Sequence record: PV611058.1
Length of the DNA stretch: 64,000 nucleotides
Reading direction: 5' to 3' (one strand)
Position numbers and translations under genes: made by a program. Shown here piece after piece: positions 9,927 to 20,338 of this stretch (position 1 is its first letter; each line of letters begins with the position of its first letter). Below the pieces are notes generated by a model that worked only from the letters and a program-made list of their open reading frames with translations, had not been told where the DNA came from and ran no database searches.

Positions 9927-10508
9927 TTAATCAAGCATAAGTGGCATCATCGCCCATATCTTTTTCATAATCATATCTTCAGTAAAAACAAACGTTTTAG
10001 GTGCAGTATATGATATTGACAACCCAAATGGAAGTACGATTGCATCATCAATTATATTATGAATATCAAACCATGTTTTTACACAATCATATGGTGGAAG
10101 TTCATGTATTGTACTTAACTGAAAGTATTGTTCTTCACCAAATGTACTGCAATCAATATCACAAATTTTAGTGAATTGATGATTCCATTTAGATATAATA
10201 CTGTTTTTATTATTGAACATATTAGTTCTATGCATGAAACCATTTCTGCTAATATGATTTGATATTGCGTTTTCTTCAATATCATTGCTTATTTTAAAAT
10301 TCATGTCAAAGTTGTAGTGCGAACTCGACGATTCTTTGAATTTTAAATGAAAATAACGATTGTTATTAATTTCCATTTCAATACAAAACACATCTGAATC
10401 AAAACGATTAAACTTGTAATCGTTGTCTTCAGGTAGAGTCTGTAATTTTTTCATAACACCAAGCATAGGGTGCACTAAGCTTCTAATAAAATCATTAGTT
10501 ATTTTCAT
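9927..10508 (-). CDS. FQ-motif family hypothetical protein
   Basis: motif GEEQYFQLSTIHE. Confidence 0.75.
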   Translation of the reverse strand: MKITNDFIRSLVHPMLGVMKKLQTLPEDNDYKFNRFDSDVFCIEMEINNNRYFHLKFKESSSSHYNFDMNFKISNDIEENAISNHISRNGFMHRTNMFNNKNSIISKWNHQFTKICDIDCSTFGEEQYFQLSTIHELPPYDCVKTWFDIHNIIDDAIVLPFGLSISYTAPKTFVFTEDMIMKKIWAMMPLMLD

Positions 10509-11001
10509 AGTATTCCTTTAGAACTTTAAATGATTCAACAATACTATCTTGTGTGTAATTAGAACTATATACAATTGCATTTGATTTGATTGACCACAGA
10601 TATGACATAAAGGTTATAACACTACTACATGAACTTAATGTATTGTTTTGGAATTCATTTTCTTCAATGTTATCAGTACTGGTATTGATGAATTGGATAG
10701 TATCTTGTTTCTGATTAGACATTGAAACTAAAGTACAATCAGTATAAGGAGTGTACAAAAACGTCTCATTACTAATTGAACTATCATTAGTATATGATGG
10801 TTTGGTAATATAAATCAAACGCATGATATCACGCTCAATACCCGATTTACGACTTTCCACTAAAGAAATCATATCTATATTTTTCATATGATCAACATTG
10901 ACATGGAACTTTTTGTTTAGAATTACATCTTTTGGGGAATTTTTATATGAAGATAAGATCTCATACATCTCAACTAATTCTCGTGCATTTAATAAACTCA
11001 T
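10495..11001 (-). CDS. FQ-motif family hypothetical protein
   Basis: motif EENEFQNNTLS. Confidence 0.7.
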   Translation of the reverse strand: MSLLNARELVEMYEILSSYKNSPKDVILNKKFHVNVDHMKNIDMISLVESRKSGIERDIMRLIYITKPSYTNDSSISNETFLYTPYTDCTLVSMSNQKQDTIQFINTSTDNIEENEFQNNTLSSCSSVITFMSYLWSIKSNAIVYSSNYTQDSIVESFKVLKEYYENN

Positions 11002-11426
11002 GTTTTGTCTCTTAATGAAAGAATATCCTTAGTATAAACTGATACAGAAATGTGATTGTATTTCATCATTAATTTATACACATAAGAAGCTAGTACTAAA
11101 TCGTAAATTAATTTAGTATCATACAGTACTCCGTATTGTAAAGCAAGTGAATCAATATCATCTTTACTTTCAATATCCAGAAATGTGCCGAAATATGTAG
11201 TACCGTGGAGATGAAAATTGGAATTAATGCAATCAATGCATTCATTGTCCAACAGAGTAGATGATGATGCCCTCGGTGAATCCCAAATAGTCACTGCGTG
11301 TATGCCCTCAACGAACAAATCTATCCATATTTTGTGTCGTTGTCTTTTTTTTGTTTTATAATTTTCTGGATTTGAAAGTGTAGTTTCAATTATATCCCAT
11401 ATGTATAAGCATTCATCTCTTGTCAT
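10998..11426 (-). CDS. FQ-motif family hypothetical protein (divergent)
   Basis: motif IDSLALQYGVLYD. Confidence 0.7.
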   Translation of the reverse strand: MTRDECLYIWDIIETTLSNPENYKTKKRQRHKIWIDLFVEGIHAVTIWDSPRASSSTLLDNECIDCINSNFHLHGTTYFGTFLDIESKDDIDSLALQYGVLYDTKLIYDLVLASYVYKLMMKYNHISVSVYTKDILSLRDKT

Positions 11427-12004
11427 TATAGCACCTTGTCCATTGCTGCATTTAATGCTTTTAAACGATCAACATTCAAAGTATTGAAGATGTACGTTCC
11501 TAAAATGTGGAAATCGAACTGGTTCTTTTTGTATGTGTGATAAATTAAACTACAAAAAACAACAGTACTAAGAACCTCTTCCGGTATAACGGTGCTCATC
11601 TGAAACAGTTCTTCATCAACTGTACTTGATTCTGGATTGATAGCTTTTAACTCATACTCTTTATCACCGAATAGTACTTTAATATTATATAAAACACCAA
11701 CAGTACTAATATGAAATGGATGGTGTGAAAAACTTCCATCATCATTAATTTGGATATCGGATCTAATCTCGCACTCTTCATTACTTTTACTATTATTTTT
11801 TACAATACAAATATTCCTGGCACCAGAAATAGTAAGAATACCGTGATCGTAATATTCTTTGGACATACATTTAGATGAAAATGACACATCACGAATGAGG
11901 TAATGTTTGTTAATTTCTTTGGTACTACCAACAATGGATAACATTTTTGTACTGATATCATATAGCTGTTGGTGTCGGGCTGTCATATAACTATAAGCGT
12001 TCAT
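11426..12004 (-). CDS. FQ-motif family hypothetical protein
   Basis: motif DEELFQMSTVIP. Confidence 0.75.
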   Translation of the reverse strand: MNAYSYMTARHQQLYDISTKMLSIVGSTKEINKHYLIRDVSFSSKCMSKEYYDHGILTISGARNICIVKNNSKSNEECEIRSDIQINDDGSFSHHPFHISTVGVLYNIKVLFGDKEYELKAINPESSTVDEELFQMSTVIPEEVLSTVVFCSLIYHTYKKNQFDFHILGTYIFNTLNVDRLKALNAAMDKVL

Positions 12005-12575
12005 ATGTATCCTTGATGTTTTTGATTGCCGTGTGTAGCTCTTTTAATGTATCGGATTCACAGTTAATGAACTTACTATACATTACCAATTCACCAGTGT
12101 CAATAGCTTTTGCAGTTTCATAGCAAAGCATCATGTACTCAAACTCCTTGAAGTTGTCAAGTACTGATCTCTGGAAAATGTATGCTTCACGAATGTCTTC
12201 ACTTTGATCTAGTTCTGGTGGAATTTCCAAATATGTATCATTCTCTACGTCATCAAAATTAGATTCAACAATTCGATTAATATCTTCGTGTAAAGCATTG
12301 ACAAATATCATGTTTGGAGTAATGGAACCAATTCGCTCACTATGCCTTGATGTACGGATATACATTGCCATAGTATCCCATGAACCTTTTTTTGTCGTTC
12401 CATAATCGTAAACTTTATAAGACTCCAGTACTACTGAACCAAAACGATATGGTGATTTGCATTCAACTTTAAGACGATAATTTCCAATAGGCTCATGTTC
12501 AGTAATGTTGTGCTTTTCAGATAGTTCTGCAATGTCATGCATCAATTTCATAATTTGAATGTGTTCAGCTTGCAT
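11991..12575 (-). CDS. FQ-motif family hypothetical protein
   Basis: motif REAYIFQRSVLD. Confidence 0.75.
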   Translation of the reverse strand: MQAEHIQIMKLMHDIAELSEKHNITEHEPIGNYRLKVECKSPYRFGSVVLESYKVYDYGTTKKGSWDTMAMYIRTSRHSERIGSITPNMIFVNALHEDINRIVESNFDDVENDTYLEIPPELDQSEDIREAYIFQRSVLDNFKEFEYMMLCYETAKAIDTGELVMYSKFINCESDTLKELHTAIKNIKDTYERL

Positions 12576-13138
12576 TATAAGTCCTCTAATTTAACAGGTA
12601 CATGTTCATTGATGAACGTCTTAAGAGCCAGTACTAGATCTTCTAATTCTTCTGTACTGAATTTTAATATAGTTTTAAAGATTATCAATTCATTTCTTTC
12701 TATAATCTTTGGAATTTCATATGCTAACATAAGATTGCGAACAGTACCAGCGTTGTGTATGAGGTTCGCATTGAATAAAAGTACATCGTACTCGTCTTTT
12801 TTAATTTTATAATTGTACTCTTCAATTACTTCATGTGTGTATGTATTCTTATAAGCAATTTTATTTTTATGAAATTTATAACCAACAGTAACACTATCAT
12901 CATAAAATGTAGAACGATAATCTTGTTTTCTATCGCCGGACGAAATGATGTGTAATGCGGTGTATTTGTCCTCAACATCTAACTCAATGTTTGCATAACT
13001 GTTAACGGTTTCATTCTTTAGGACGTTAATGTTATATTTCTCATTAACTTTAATGTACTGGCGTGAACCATTATCATCAATGAACTTAAAACAATGCTTT
13101 ACCAACAATGTGATTTCTTTAATTAATTCAGTACTCAT
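12575..13138 (-). CDS. FQ-motif family hypothetical protein (divergent)
   Basis: motif YDVLLFNANLIH; AGGAG RBS. Confidence 0.7.
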   Translation of the reverse strand: MSTELIKEITLLVKHCFKFIDDNGSRQYIKVNEKYNINVLKNETVNSYANIELDVEDKYTALHIISSGDRKQDYRSTFYDDSVTVGYKFHKNKIAYKNTYTHEVIEEYNYKIKKDEYDVLLFNANLIHNAGTVRNLMLAYEIPKIIERNELIIFKTILKFSTEELEDLVLALKTFINEHVPVKLEDL

Positions 13139-13165
13139 ATCTTCTCCTGTACTCTGTTAAAAGCG

Positions 13166-13194
13166 ATTATAACACACCTGAATGCTCATGTAAA
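13166..13194 (-). promoter_or_regulatory. sigma70-type promoter
   Basis: TTTACA-N17-TATAAT. Confidence 0.7.
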
Positions 13195-13203
13195 GCACTA
13201 AAC

Positions 13204-13227
13204 AAAAAAAGACCCATAAGGGTCTTT
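13204..13227 (-). terminator. intrinsic terminator
   Basis: AAAGACCC-ttat-GGGTCTTT plus T tract. Confidence 0.7.
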
Positions 13228-13810
13228 ATTTTGGTAAAACGCTGTCAATGTACGCTAGAGCCTCATCTCGGAGGTACGTTCCATCTATTGTTATGTAATA
13301 GTTCTTAGGGATATCACTACCAATCTTCTCGTAAATTTTCATACATGATATCACATCTTCATCACAAATGGTACTCAATTGAAACTGTACTTCATCAGTT
13401 AAAGGTACGATATCATGTTTAGATGGGGGGTTGGTATTTTCATTCAAAACAATATCAAACAAATTAGGAGTATTCTTTGACGAAATGTAACGATGTTTAC
13501 TACGAATTACCATTCTCGACAGAGAAATACTGGAACTCCATCTTGGGTCCACATCTTCGTATGTTAACGCAATTAACATTTCATAATAATCTTGGAATTT
13601 CATTGATGCATAATATGTTTTGTCCTCACCGTACATTCCAAATGATTTGAATTCAATGTCACCTACATTGTGTGTATCGCTATCACTATTCACGAATTTT
13701 AACAGACTGTTGATTAGTCTGATTAGAATATCATCTTTATTCATTATCAGATAACTCCCTGTGCATGTTGTATAAATCTCTAAAGTCCTGATAGAAATCT
13801 TTTTCTTCAA
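13226..13810 (-). CDS. FQ-motif family hypothetical protein
   Basis: motif TDEVQFQLSTICD; true start probably near 13744 (MNKDD). Confidence 0.7.
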   Translation of the reverse strand: MKKKISIRTLEIYTTCTGSYLIMNKDDILIRLINSLLKFVNSDSDTHNVGDIEFKSFGMYGEDKTYYASMKFQDYYEMLIALTYEDVDPRWSSSISLSRMVIRSKHRYISSKNTPNLFDIVLNENTNPPSKHDIVPLTDEVQFQLSTICDEDVISCMKIYEKIGSDIPKNYYITIDGTYLRDEALAYIDSVLPK

Positions 13811-14294
13811 GAATATCTTTTAAACTAGGAATCTCATCCATAATCTCATCGATATCAGTTTCAATAGTAAAACCTGATTTATAATTTTGTAAGAGATAAC
13901 TAAAAGCAACAAGATAAAGAATTTCATTTGGTTTATGAATTAACATGTGTTGGAACATAACTGATTCTAAATCAGATTCAGTACTAAGGTCAGCATAACA
14001 TGTATCGTTGGTGTCAATTCGTACTTTACTTGAATTTGGATTCCATGTAAAGCAATGTGTTCCAACTGTTCCCAAACATCCTACTCTTGTACTATCATTT
14101 GTTCCCAAAAAGATATCAAAATACGTTTCATCTGTATAATCGTATTTTTGTACTTTACCTTTTTTAAGGCATAAATCATTATCCTTTCGAAAAGTTTTAG
14201 ATGATAGTGTATCAATGATGCACATTAATGTTTTTGCAAATGCAATACAATGACGTAATTCAAGTCTATGTAAATTATAATTAGTAAAATTCAT
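13737..14294 (-). CDS. FQ-motif family hypothetical protein
   Basis: motif LESVMFQHMLIH. Confidence 0.75.
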   Translation of the reverse strand: MNFTNYNLHRLELRHCIAFAKTLMCIIDTLSSKTFRKDNDLCLKKGKVQKYDYTDETYFDIFLGTNDSTRVGCLGTVGTHCFTWNPNSSKVRIDTNDTCYADLSTESDLESVMFQHMLIHKPNEILYLVAFSYLLQNYKSGFTIETDIDEIMDEIPSLKDILEEKDFYQDFRDLYNMHRELSDNE

Positions 14295-14833
14295 AATTGT
14301 ACCTTCAATATTTTATCAGCAATTGATATAACCTTCTCATTGAATACATTACCAATCTCAATTCTTATATACATCGCAGGTGGAATCTTTCCCTGAAGTG
14401 CATAATATGTTTGTATACCTAAGTACTCATTATTTGATAATGAAAATTTGATTCTCTCCATATCTATGTCTGATGTTGGTAAATCTAGTAGTTCATGGTT
14501 GTAGTCAACATTTTCAGTGTATATCTGTTCGACGTAATTTGAATGATCACTACTAATGTAGATACTATCATCACGAATAATTACTTTATAATCAGAAGGT
14601 TCAAACTTATCTTTAGGAGAAAAGAAGACATCATCTATCTTCTCTTCTCGTATACCGAATAACAATTTACCATCGTACTTTACATCAAGCATATTACCTA
14701 GAATAGTAATTACACAATGTTCATCAATGTCATGACGTAATGAACGAGTCTTGTATTTTGGGTTAATGAAAATTTTCATTAATTTTATACAAATGTCGGC
14801 AATGCATTTTACATTATCATTTTCTATGTACAT
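14291..14833 (-). CDS. FQ-motif family hypothetical protein (divergent)
   Basis: motif MERIKFSLSNNE. Confidence 0.7.
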   Translation of the reverse strand: MYIENDNVKCIADICIKLMKIFINPKYKTRSLRHDIDEHCVITILGNMLDVKYDGKLLFGIREEKIDDVFFSPKDKFEPSDYKVIIRDDSIYISSDHSNYVEQIYTENVDYNHELLDLPTSDIDMERIKFSLSNNEYLGIQTYYALQGKIPPAMYIRIEIGNVFNEKVISIADKILKVQL

Positions 14834-15311
14834 CGTAAATCCTCTTTAATTCTTTTACATTTTTAATGAATACTTTCATTGCAGAAATCTCAAAAGCTAA
14901 TGATTTAAATTTGCAGTACTTTTTAAAGTACGACATAATGAATAGCATTTTGAGTTCTTTTTCTGTGTAAATTAAACTATTTTGAAAGTAACTTTCTTCT
15001 GATAAATCATCAAGAAAAGGATATACAACTCCATTTGGAGTCAAGAACATGACACGTTCACTCCAAGATCTAAATGAAATGTAATCAGTCTTACCACATT
15101 CATATAATGAGTTTATCATGCCATCAATCATTAAGGAGAACTCAATACTGTATCCTAATCGTTGACACTTGTATCTCTTATCTTCTTTCTTTGTAATTAC
15201 GAAGTGACGACCCAATGCGTCTTTGTTATCGAAAATGAAATTAACTGTCTCTAAACACTCCTTAGCGAACTTTATAGTTTCTCTGTACTTTCGGTTCATT
15301 AGTCTCTCCAA
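14817..15311 (-). CDS. FQ-motif family hypothetical protein
   Basis: motif SEESYFQNSLIY. Confidence 0.75.
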   Translation of the reverse strand: MERLMNRKYRETIKFAKECLETVNFIFDNKDALGRHFVITKKEDKRYKCQRLGYSIEFSLMIDGMINSLYECGKTDYISFRSWSERVMFLTPNGVVYPFLDDLSEESYFQNSLIYTEKELKMLFIMSYFKKYCKFKSLAFEISAMKVFIKNVKELKRIYDVHRK

Positions 15312-15712
15312 ACTTTACCAGGGAAGTGTTTCTCGTAGAACTCATCATCACTTAACATATAATCAGGTGTTTCTACTTCTATGGGTTTGTAGAATGTTTC
15401 TGGAATGTGTGTAATTTTATTGGGTAGTACTTTATGTTCGCGTAAAACCTTCTGTATAGCTCCTAGACGTTGTAAATCAATACAACCCGGCAGAACTAAG
15501 CTGTACTGAAATAGCTCATCAGGGGTCATTATAGATACATCCTTGGCTTGTTTGATTTTATTGTTGGCATTAATGAATATATCAAAACCAAGTACTGCAT
15601 TATAGCTTACATATGTTGTTTTGTTTTTGTCAATAGCTGCACTTAAACTATATCCATATATTCCATGTTGGTCAACAATGCATCGTTGCATAATTTTAAT
15701 CATTTCGAACAT
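15299..15712 (-). CDS. FQ-motif family hypothetical protein
   Basis: motif PDELFQYSLVLP. Confidence 0.75.
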   Translation of the reverse strand: MFEMIKIMQRCIVDQHGIYGYSLSAAIDKNKTTYVSYNAVLGFDIFINANNKIKQAKDVSIMTPDELFQYSLVLPGCIDLQRLGAIQKVLREHKVLPNKITHIPETFYKPIEVETPDYMLSDDEFYEKHFPGKVWRD

Positions 15713-16058
15713 AATTTACCTCGTATGTGTTATAATTCCACGTTTTAACACTATCCATTTGTATATCCTGAACTTCATGGAAATATTTAAGTACCTTCTG
15801 GTATTCCATTAGTTCGTACACATCTTCAGTATTGACAGTGCTCTCCTGAAACAATTCCTCTTCTGATAAAGTACTATAATCAGGGATTTTTATTTCAGAA
15901 TATATCTCATTCATATATGAATCATTTTGGTAAATCTGTAGATAAAACTGATTATATTCAGGGATATAGGTTACGAAATGGTTCTTGATGAATTCATATC
16001 TTGAAGCAAAGCAATCATTGCCATCCGTCATGTACTGAATTGTTGTTGTATTATGCAT
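15696..16058 (-). CDS. FQ-motif family hypothetical protein
   Basis: motif SEEELFQESTVN. Confidence 0.75.
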   Translation of the reverse strand: MHNTTTIQYMTDGNDCFASRYEFIKNHFVTYIPEYNQFYLQIYQNDSYMNEIYSEIKIPDYSTLSEEELFQESTVNTEDVYELMEYQKVLKYFHEVQDIQMDSVKTWNYNTYEVNYVRND

Positions 16059-16533
16059 TCAAATAATCCACGCATTTATGGTATACATCTAAATCTAAAA
16101 AGAATCGTTGTTTGTATTTGTAATGATGAAGTAGTGCACCATAAAGTAATATAGCATTAAGTACTTTTGCATCATGAATACAAGACCCTTGGAAGTACAT
16201 TTCTTCTGTCATGAAAACTAACTCATTGTACGGGATAAGCACTGAATCTCTAAATGTATCAATGTTAATCTTCAAATCGGACCCTTGGCAATATGAAATA
16301 TATTCACCTCGGTAATGAAAGTCATTATCGTCAAAGTACTCAGCATATACTTGATTGTTCCTATTATTTTTAAAGGCAAGTCTTCCTTTGGTTGAACTGA
16401 ATTGGTCATATTGGAACATTCCACCAAAAGGCATTCCACCGAAAGGTTGGGGACTTCTGAACTCCTTTGCAATGCGATGAATGTTAGATGCAAATTCTAA
16501 AACACCATCGTAATCATATTCTGTTGTAATCAT
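16051..16533 (-). CDS. FQ-motif family hypothetical protein
   Basis: motif TEEMYFQGSCIHD. Confidence 0.75.
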   Translation of the reverse strand: MITTEYDYDGVLEFASNIHRIAKEFRSPQPFGGMPFGGMFQYDQFSSTKGRLAFKNNRNNQVYAEYFDDNDFHYRGEYISYCQGSDLKINIDTFRDSVLIPYNELVFMTEEMYFQGSCIHDAKVLNAILLYGALLHHYKYKQRFFLDLDVYHKCVDYLNA

Positions 16534-17009
16534 AGACCATTTTTCTCCATGTACTCAATGATTTCATCTACGAAGTTTAAATCCATATAGAATCTATCAT
16601 CTGCGTCATTGAGTTCATCTTTAAGTACTGTAAAAATTGTAGAACTAAACACGATTCTCTCATTGTACAAAGTACTGTACTGGAAGAATTCTTCTTCTGA
16701 TCTAACATTAAATGTGTCATATTCATCATCATCATTAGATCTAGGATGATAGTACTTAAAACTATCAGATGTATGGAAACAATATGAGATAAAATCCCCT
16801 GATGGTGCATCGTCAAGTACACGAATACCACAGAAATTCTCATCTGTAGTATGCAACAAATTGCTATTCATTGACAAATAATTTTTGTACGCATAAAGTG
16901 TGCATCGTGGGAGAATTATATTCTCTTTAACTGTTACAAAGAACTTATGAAGTTTAATGATATTTTGTGCGATTTTTTGTGCATTGCTAAATGATAGGTC
17001 TTTGGACAT
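16530..17009 (-). CDS. FQ-motif family hypothetical protein
   Basis: motif SEEEFFQYSTLYN. Confidence 0.75.
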   Translation of the reverse strand: MSKDLSFSNAQKIAQNIIKLHKFFVTVKENIILPRCTLYAYKNYLSMNSNLLHTTDENFCGIRVLDDAPSGDFISYCFHTSDSFKYYHPRSNDDDEYDTFNVRSEEEFFQYSTLYNERIVFSSTIFTVLKDELNDADDRFYMDLNFVDEIIEYMEKNGL

Positions 17010-17042
17010 AGTGATATAACCCTTTACAATTAATATAAAGAG

Positions 17043-17072
17043 ATTATATCACAAAGATTTGGAGGGTGTCAA
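17043..17072 (-). promoter_or_regulatory. sigma70-type promoter
   Basis: TTGACA-N18 with TGA-TATAAT (extended -10). Confidence 0.65.
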
Positions 17073-17659
17073 GAGTTCTCACGAAGTTCTACCATTTCTT
17101 TCCATACTAAATGGTAATCTTCTAAGTCCAGATAGAAGTCTTCATTTAAGTGCTCATATAAGTACTTGTACATGAATAGTACACCTAAATTGTATTCAGT
17201 ATTAAGCAATGATTGTTGGAAGTAGTTTTCTTCATTTAGTTCTATATCCATGAACTCAAATCTACCTAGACCTTTTAATGTACGTATCTCAACATGTGAA
17301 GTATCTGTTTTACTGAAGCACATGAATCCACCTCTAAATTCGGGATCATATTCACATTCATACTGTCCACTGTTATTATAGAAATCTCTATTACCATCCT
17401 TATCTTTTGGCTTAACAACTGATACGTGAAGGTCGTCATCTTTGTACATTGTACGTTCTGGCGTTTTCACACATTTTAACTTATTTTCTTTAATGTACTT
17501 GATAATATCAATTATATCTTGTGCAGTACTGATTGCTGCCTCGAACGTATCCAACTTAAGATGATTGTATAGAGTTCCCTCGTTCTTTATTTTATCTAAC
17601 ATACTAACCTCATAGTTCATACATCTTTGATTTGAATTGCATTGGTCCACCAACTTCAC
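17069..17659 (-). CDS. FQ-motif family hypothetical protein
   Basis: motif NEENYFQQSLLN; start probably near 17617. Confidence 0.75.
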   Translation of the reverse strand: MKLVDQCNSNQRCMNYEVSMLDKIKNEGTLYNHLKLDTFEAAISTAQDIIDIIKYIKENKLKCVKTPERTMYKDDDLHVSVVKPKDKDGNRDFYNNSGQYECEYDPEFRGGFMCFSKTDTSHVEIRTLKGLGRFEFMDIELNEENYFQQSLLNTEYNLGVLFMYKYLYEHLNEDFYLDLEDYHLVWKEMVELRENS

Positions 17660-17948
17660 ATGGATAATTTTCCATAATACGATTCAAAAGTATCTGGTAC
17701 TGTTGTAGTACTTCAATTTCCAAATGTATACTACTATCCAGTACTAATGACTCCTGGAACAATTCACCTGTATCTAAACATGAAAAATCATTTATAGTTA
17801 GCATTGGCTTATCATTGGTACGCAATGTAAATGATTCCTCATTTCGGATTAATGTACAGAATTCATTATGTTTTCTGTTATAATTCATTTTAACCAATAA
17901 TAACTTAGTGTGAGTTGCGTACATTATTTTTACTAATTCAGTCTTCAT
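17610..17948 (-). CDS. FQ-motif family hypothetical protein
   Basis: motif DTGELFQESLVLD. Confidence 0.75.
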   Translation of the reverse strand: MKTELVKIMYATHTKLLLVKMNYNRKHNEFCTLIRNEESFTLRTNDKPMLTINDFSCLDTGELFQESLVLDSSIHLEIEVLQQYQILLNRIMENYPCEVGGPMQFKSKMYEL

Positions 17949-18297
17949 AACGGAATAAAATTCTCCTGTACTGCTCCGGCTTAGTACTCAATCTCTTCAC
18001 CGGATAATTGTCGAAGATCCTTTTCATTTCTTTCTGGATTAAACAAAGAAAATCAAAATCACAATAGTATTTTTTATCCCATACTAAACTTTCTTGAAAT
18101 AACTCATCTTCTTGCATTAGCGTAGTATCAATTGTATCTTCACGTGTATTTGAGTACGCTTCATGACATTGAAAACCATCTTCTGATAATTCTAATGTAT
18201 ATGCCGCCATTTCAAACATATCATCATTTGTCTTTAACGAAAGTAAACAACAAACGTATTTTTTCGTTGTGTAGTACGTAATACTAATGGTATTCAT
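17938..18297 (-). CDS. FQ-motif family hypothetical protein
   Basis: motif QEDELFQESLVWD. Confidence 0.75.
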   Translation of the reverse strand: MNTISITYYTTKKYVCCLLSLKTNDDMFEMAAYTLELSEDGFQCHEAYSNTREDTIDTTLMQEDELFQESLVWDKKYYCDFDFLCLIQKEMKRIFDNYPVKRLSTKPEQYRRILFRYED

Positions 18298-18302
18298 GGC
18301 AT

Positions 18303-18905
18303 TTAAACCTCAGTATAAAGCTTACAATAGCTTTCATCGAAATCAAAAATACTTCTCAAGAACTGACAAAGGTCAGTAAAAATATTTACATTTGCTATAT
18401 ACACATTATCAAATTCTGTTCTTTCGAAGAATGTATGCATAGAATTTGTAATATATCTCATTGCAGATTCACGCTGCATTGTTATATCATTTGTGAACAT
18501 CGCATCTTCATCAGTACTGACTAATTCAATATCAAATGATTGCATATATGGGATACTCTTTCCTAGTGCAAAGCTATCACCGTATGATGCTTCAACTGCA
18601 CCTTTAGAATACACCAATTGATATAAGTCCGAAATAGGGTTATAAAAAGTACGACATATTGATGAACATAATTTATTATCTATCCAAAAGAAAACCCTAT
18701 TTGTATTACCGTCAAATGCTATACGCAATCCATCACCATCTAACGATATATCACCATCGAGATTAAAAGAGAACTGAACTAATGCTTTTTCTAAGTCCAT
18801 TCTTTTGTGATAAATGATTTCTTGCATATAGATAATATCATTTACTAATTTCTTAAAATACAAATGAACCTCAATACTACAACATTTATTTGCATTTAAT
18901 AACAT
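18303..18905 (-). CDS. FQ-motif family hypothetical protein (divergent)
   Basis: motif DEDAMFTNDIT. Confidence 0.65.
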   Translation of the reverse strand: MLLNANKCCSIEVHLYFKKLVNDIIYMQEIIYHKRMDLEKALVQFSFNLDGDISLDGDGLRIAFDGNTNRVFFWIDNKLCSSICRTFYNPISDLYQLVYSKGAVEASYGDSFALGKSIPYMQSFDIELVSTDEDAMFTNDITMQRESAMRYITNSMHTFFERTEFDNVYIANVNIFTDLCQFLRSIFDFDESYCKLYTEV

Positions 18906-19492
18906 AGTAGATCCTTATACATTGCATGTATTCTTACAATGTCTCTGTAAGAACTCATATCTTCACGATTATCATTAAAAACAGTAACACTGAATACAGC
19001 AGTACTAATTGAACTATCAACAATGTACTCTTTTAATTTATTATAAAGATATATGCACTTAGTAGATGTATCATCCCACATAAGACTATTTTGAAAGATG
19101 TTTTCTTCTGTGTTAGGATATAAGTACTGCTCAATCTTGTACTCCAATGAACTATCACAGTTTTTATATACAGAAATAGATGGGACATTCATATTGCACA
19201 TAATACTAATAACATTATCATTGTATGTAGAAATTAAACTGGTACTGGATGCTACACTTTCATCATAATTCAGTACTGAAATTCTTGCATTATCTGTGCA
19301 GTACAGATGTTTCATTCCACCTCTCATAGCCATAGTAAGAAATTTATCAGTGAACCATATTCCTTTTGTTTTCAGTATAGTTTCATGCATAATATAAGTT
19401 TCAATGAAGATTTTTACACGCTCAAATGCCAAGTCAAGTTCATTGTACATAACGGATATCCTTCTGTAAAGAATCAATATATTCTTTAACAA
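18896..19492 (-). CDS. FQ-motif family hypothetical protein
   Basis: motif TEENIFQNSLMWD. Confidence 0.75.
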   Translation of the reverse strand: MLKNILILYRRISVMYNELDLAFERVKIFIETYIMHETILKTKGIWFTDKFLTMAMRGGMKHLYCTDNARISVLNYDESVASSTSLISTYNDNVISIMCNMNVPSISVYKNCDSSLEYKIEQYLYPNTEENIFQNSLMWDDTSTKCIYLYNKLKEYIVDSSISTAVFSVTVFNDNREDMSSYRDIVRIHAMYKDLLCY

Positions 19493-19631
19493 CTTGTTCC
19501 TGATACTGTGTACCCAAATACATCAGTACTTTTAATTCTTTGAATTCAGTACTATATGAGTCGGTTTGCATCATTTTAGAAGAATATATATTGAATAGTT
19601 TAGCAATATCATCTTGGTCTATTATTTTCAT
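19440..19631 (-). CDS. GTNYQE-family small protein
   Basis: motif YLGTQYQEQ. Confidence 0.75.
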   Translation of the reverse strand: MKIIDQDDIAKLFNIYSSKMMQTDSYSTEFKELKVLMYLGTQYQEQVVKEYIDSLQKDIRYVQ

Positions 19632-19836
19632 ATATTCTCTTCTGGATTAGTTCCTGTAAGTGCTGAATATAACCCTTCATTGCAACATCCTGTTTGTTAG
19701 AGCCAACGAAGAACAATAGCTTAAAGTCATGGTAATCCATTTTTGGTTTAGTAGTGAACCATATGTCCCACACTGCACTCACAGTTCTCATGTATTCAAT
19801 TCGATTAAATGTTTTTGAATACTTCATCGAAATCAA
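19609..19836 (-). CDS. GTNYQE-family small protein
   Basis: motif FVGSNKQDV. Confidence 0.7.
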   Translation of the reverse strand: MISMKYSKTFNRIEYMRTVSAVWDIWFTTKPKMDYHDFKLLFFVGSNKQDVAMKGYIQHLQELIQKRIYENNRPR

Positions 19837-20338
19837 CCTTTAATAAATTGATATTTAAATTACTGTTAAATGCCATCTGCAATTCCATATAGAACTGAAT
19901 AATAGCATAGTCAGGATCAGTACAAGATAGTTGAAAGCACTGTTCTTCAAATGAATTGTAATTGTACTTAGGAATATTAATAGTACGATATAACTCTGGA
20001 TAACCCCATATCATAGTGTACACGTCAATTTCAGTACACTTTTTCTTAAAAGTCATCTGTCGAATAGTTTCAGATCTGGATTCAAGGTATACAACATTCT
20101 TATGAACGGCTGAACCAATTGAAAGCAATGATGTATCAATGACGTGTTTCTCACGTATCTCACACTTCTGGAATGCACCATTCCCTTGTAGAAGTTTATG
20201 GAAATCGTACTTCTCACTAATAACTGTACTAGGATCAATTAATCCAGTACTGCATTTTTTCAGTACTGGTACGATAGTGCGAATCTTTTTTGATAAATCT
20301 TGTAATGCATCATAATCATTAATGTTAATTTTTCTCAA
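19805..20338 (-). CDS. FQ-motif family hypothetical protein
   Basis: motif FEEQCFQLSCTD. Confidence 0.75.
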   Translation of the reverse strand: MRKININDYDALQDLSKKIRTIVPVLKKCSTGLIDPSTVISEKYDFHKLLQGNGAFQKCEIREKHVIDTSLLSIGSAVHKNVVYLESRSETIRQMTFKKKCTEIDVYTMIWGYPELYRTINIPKYNYNSFEEQCFQLSCTDPDYAIIQFYMELQMAFNSNLNINLLKVDFDEVFKNI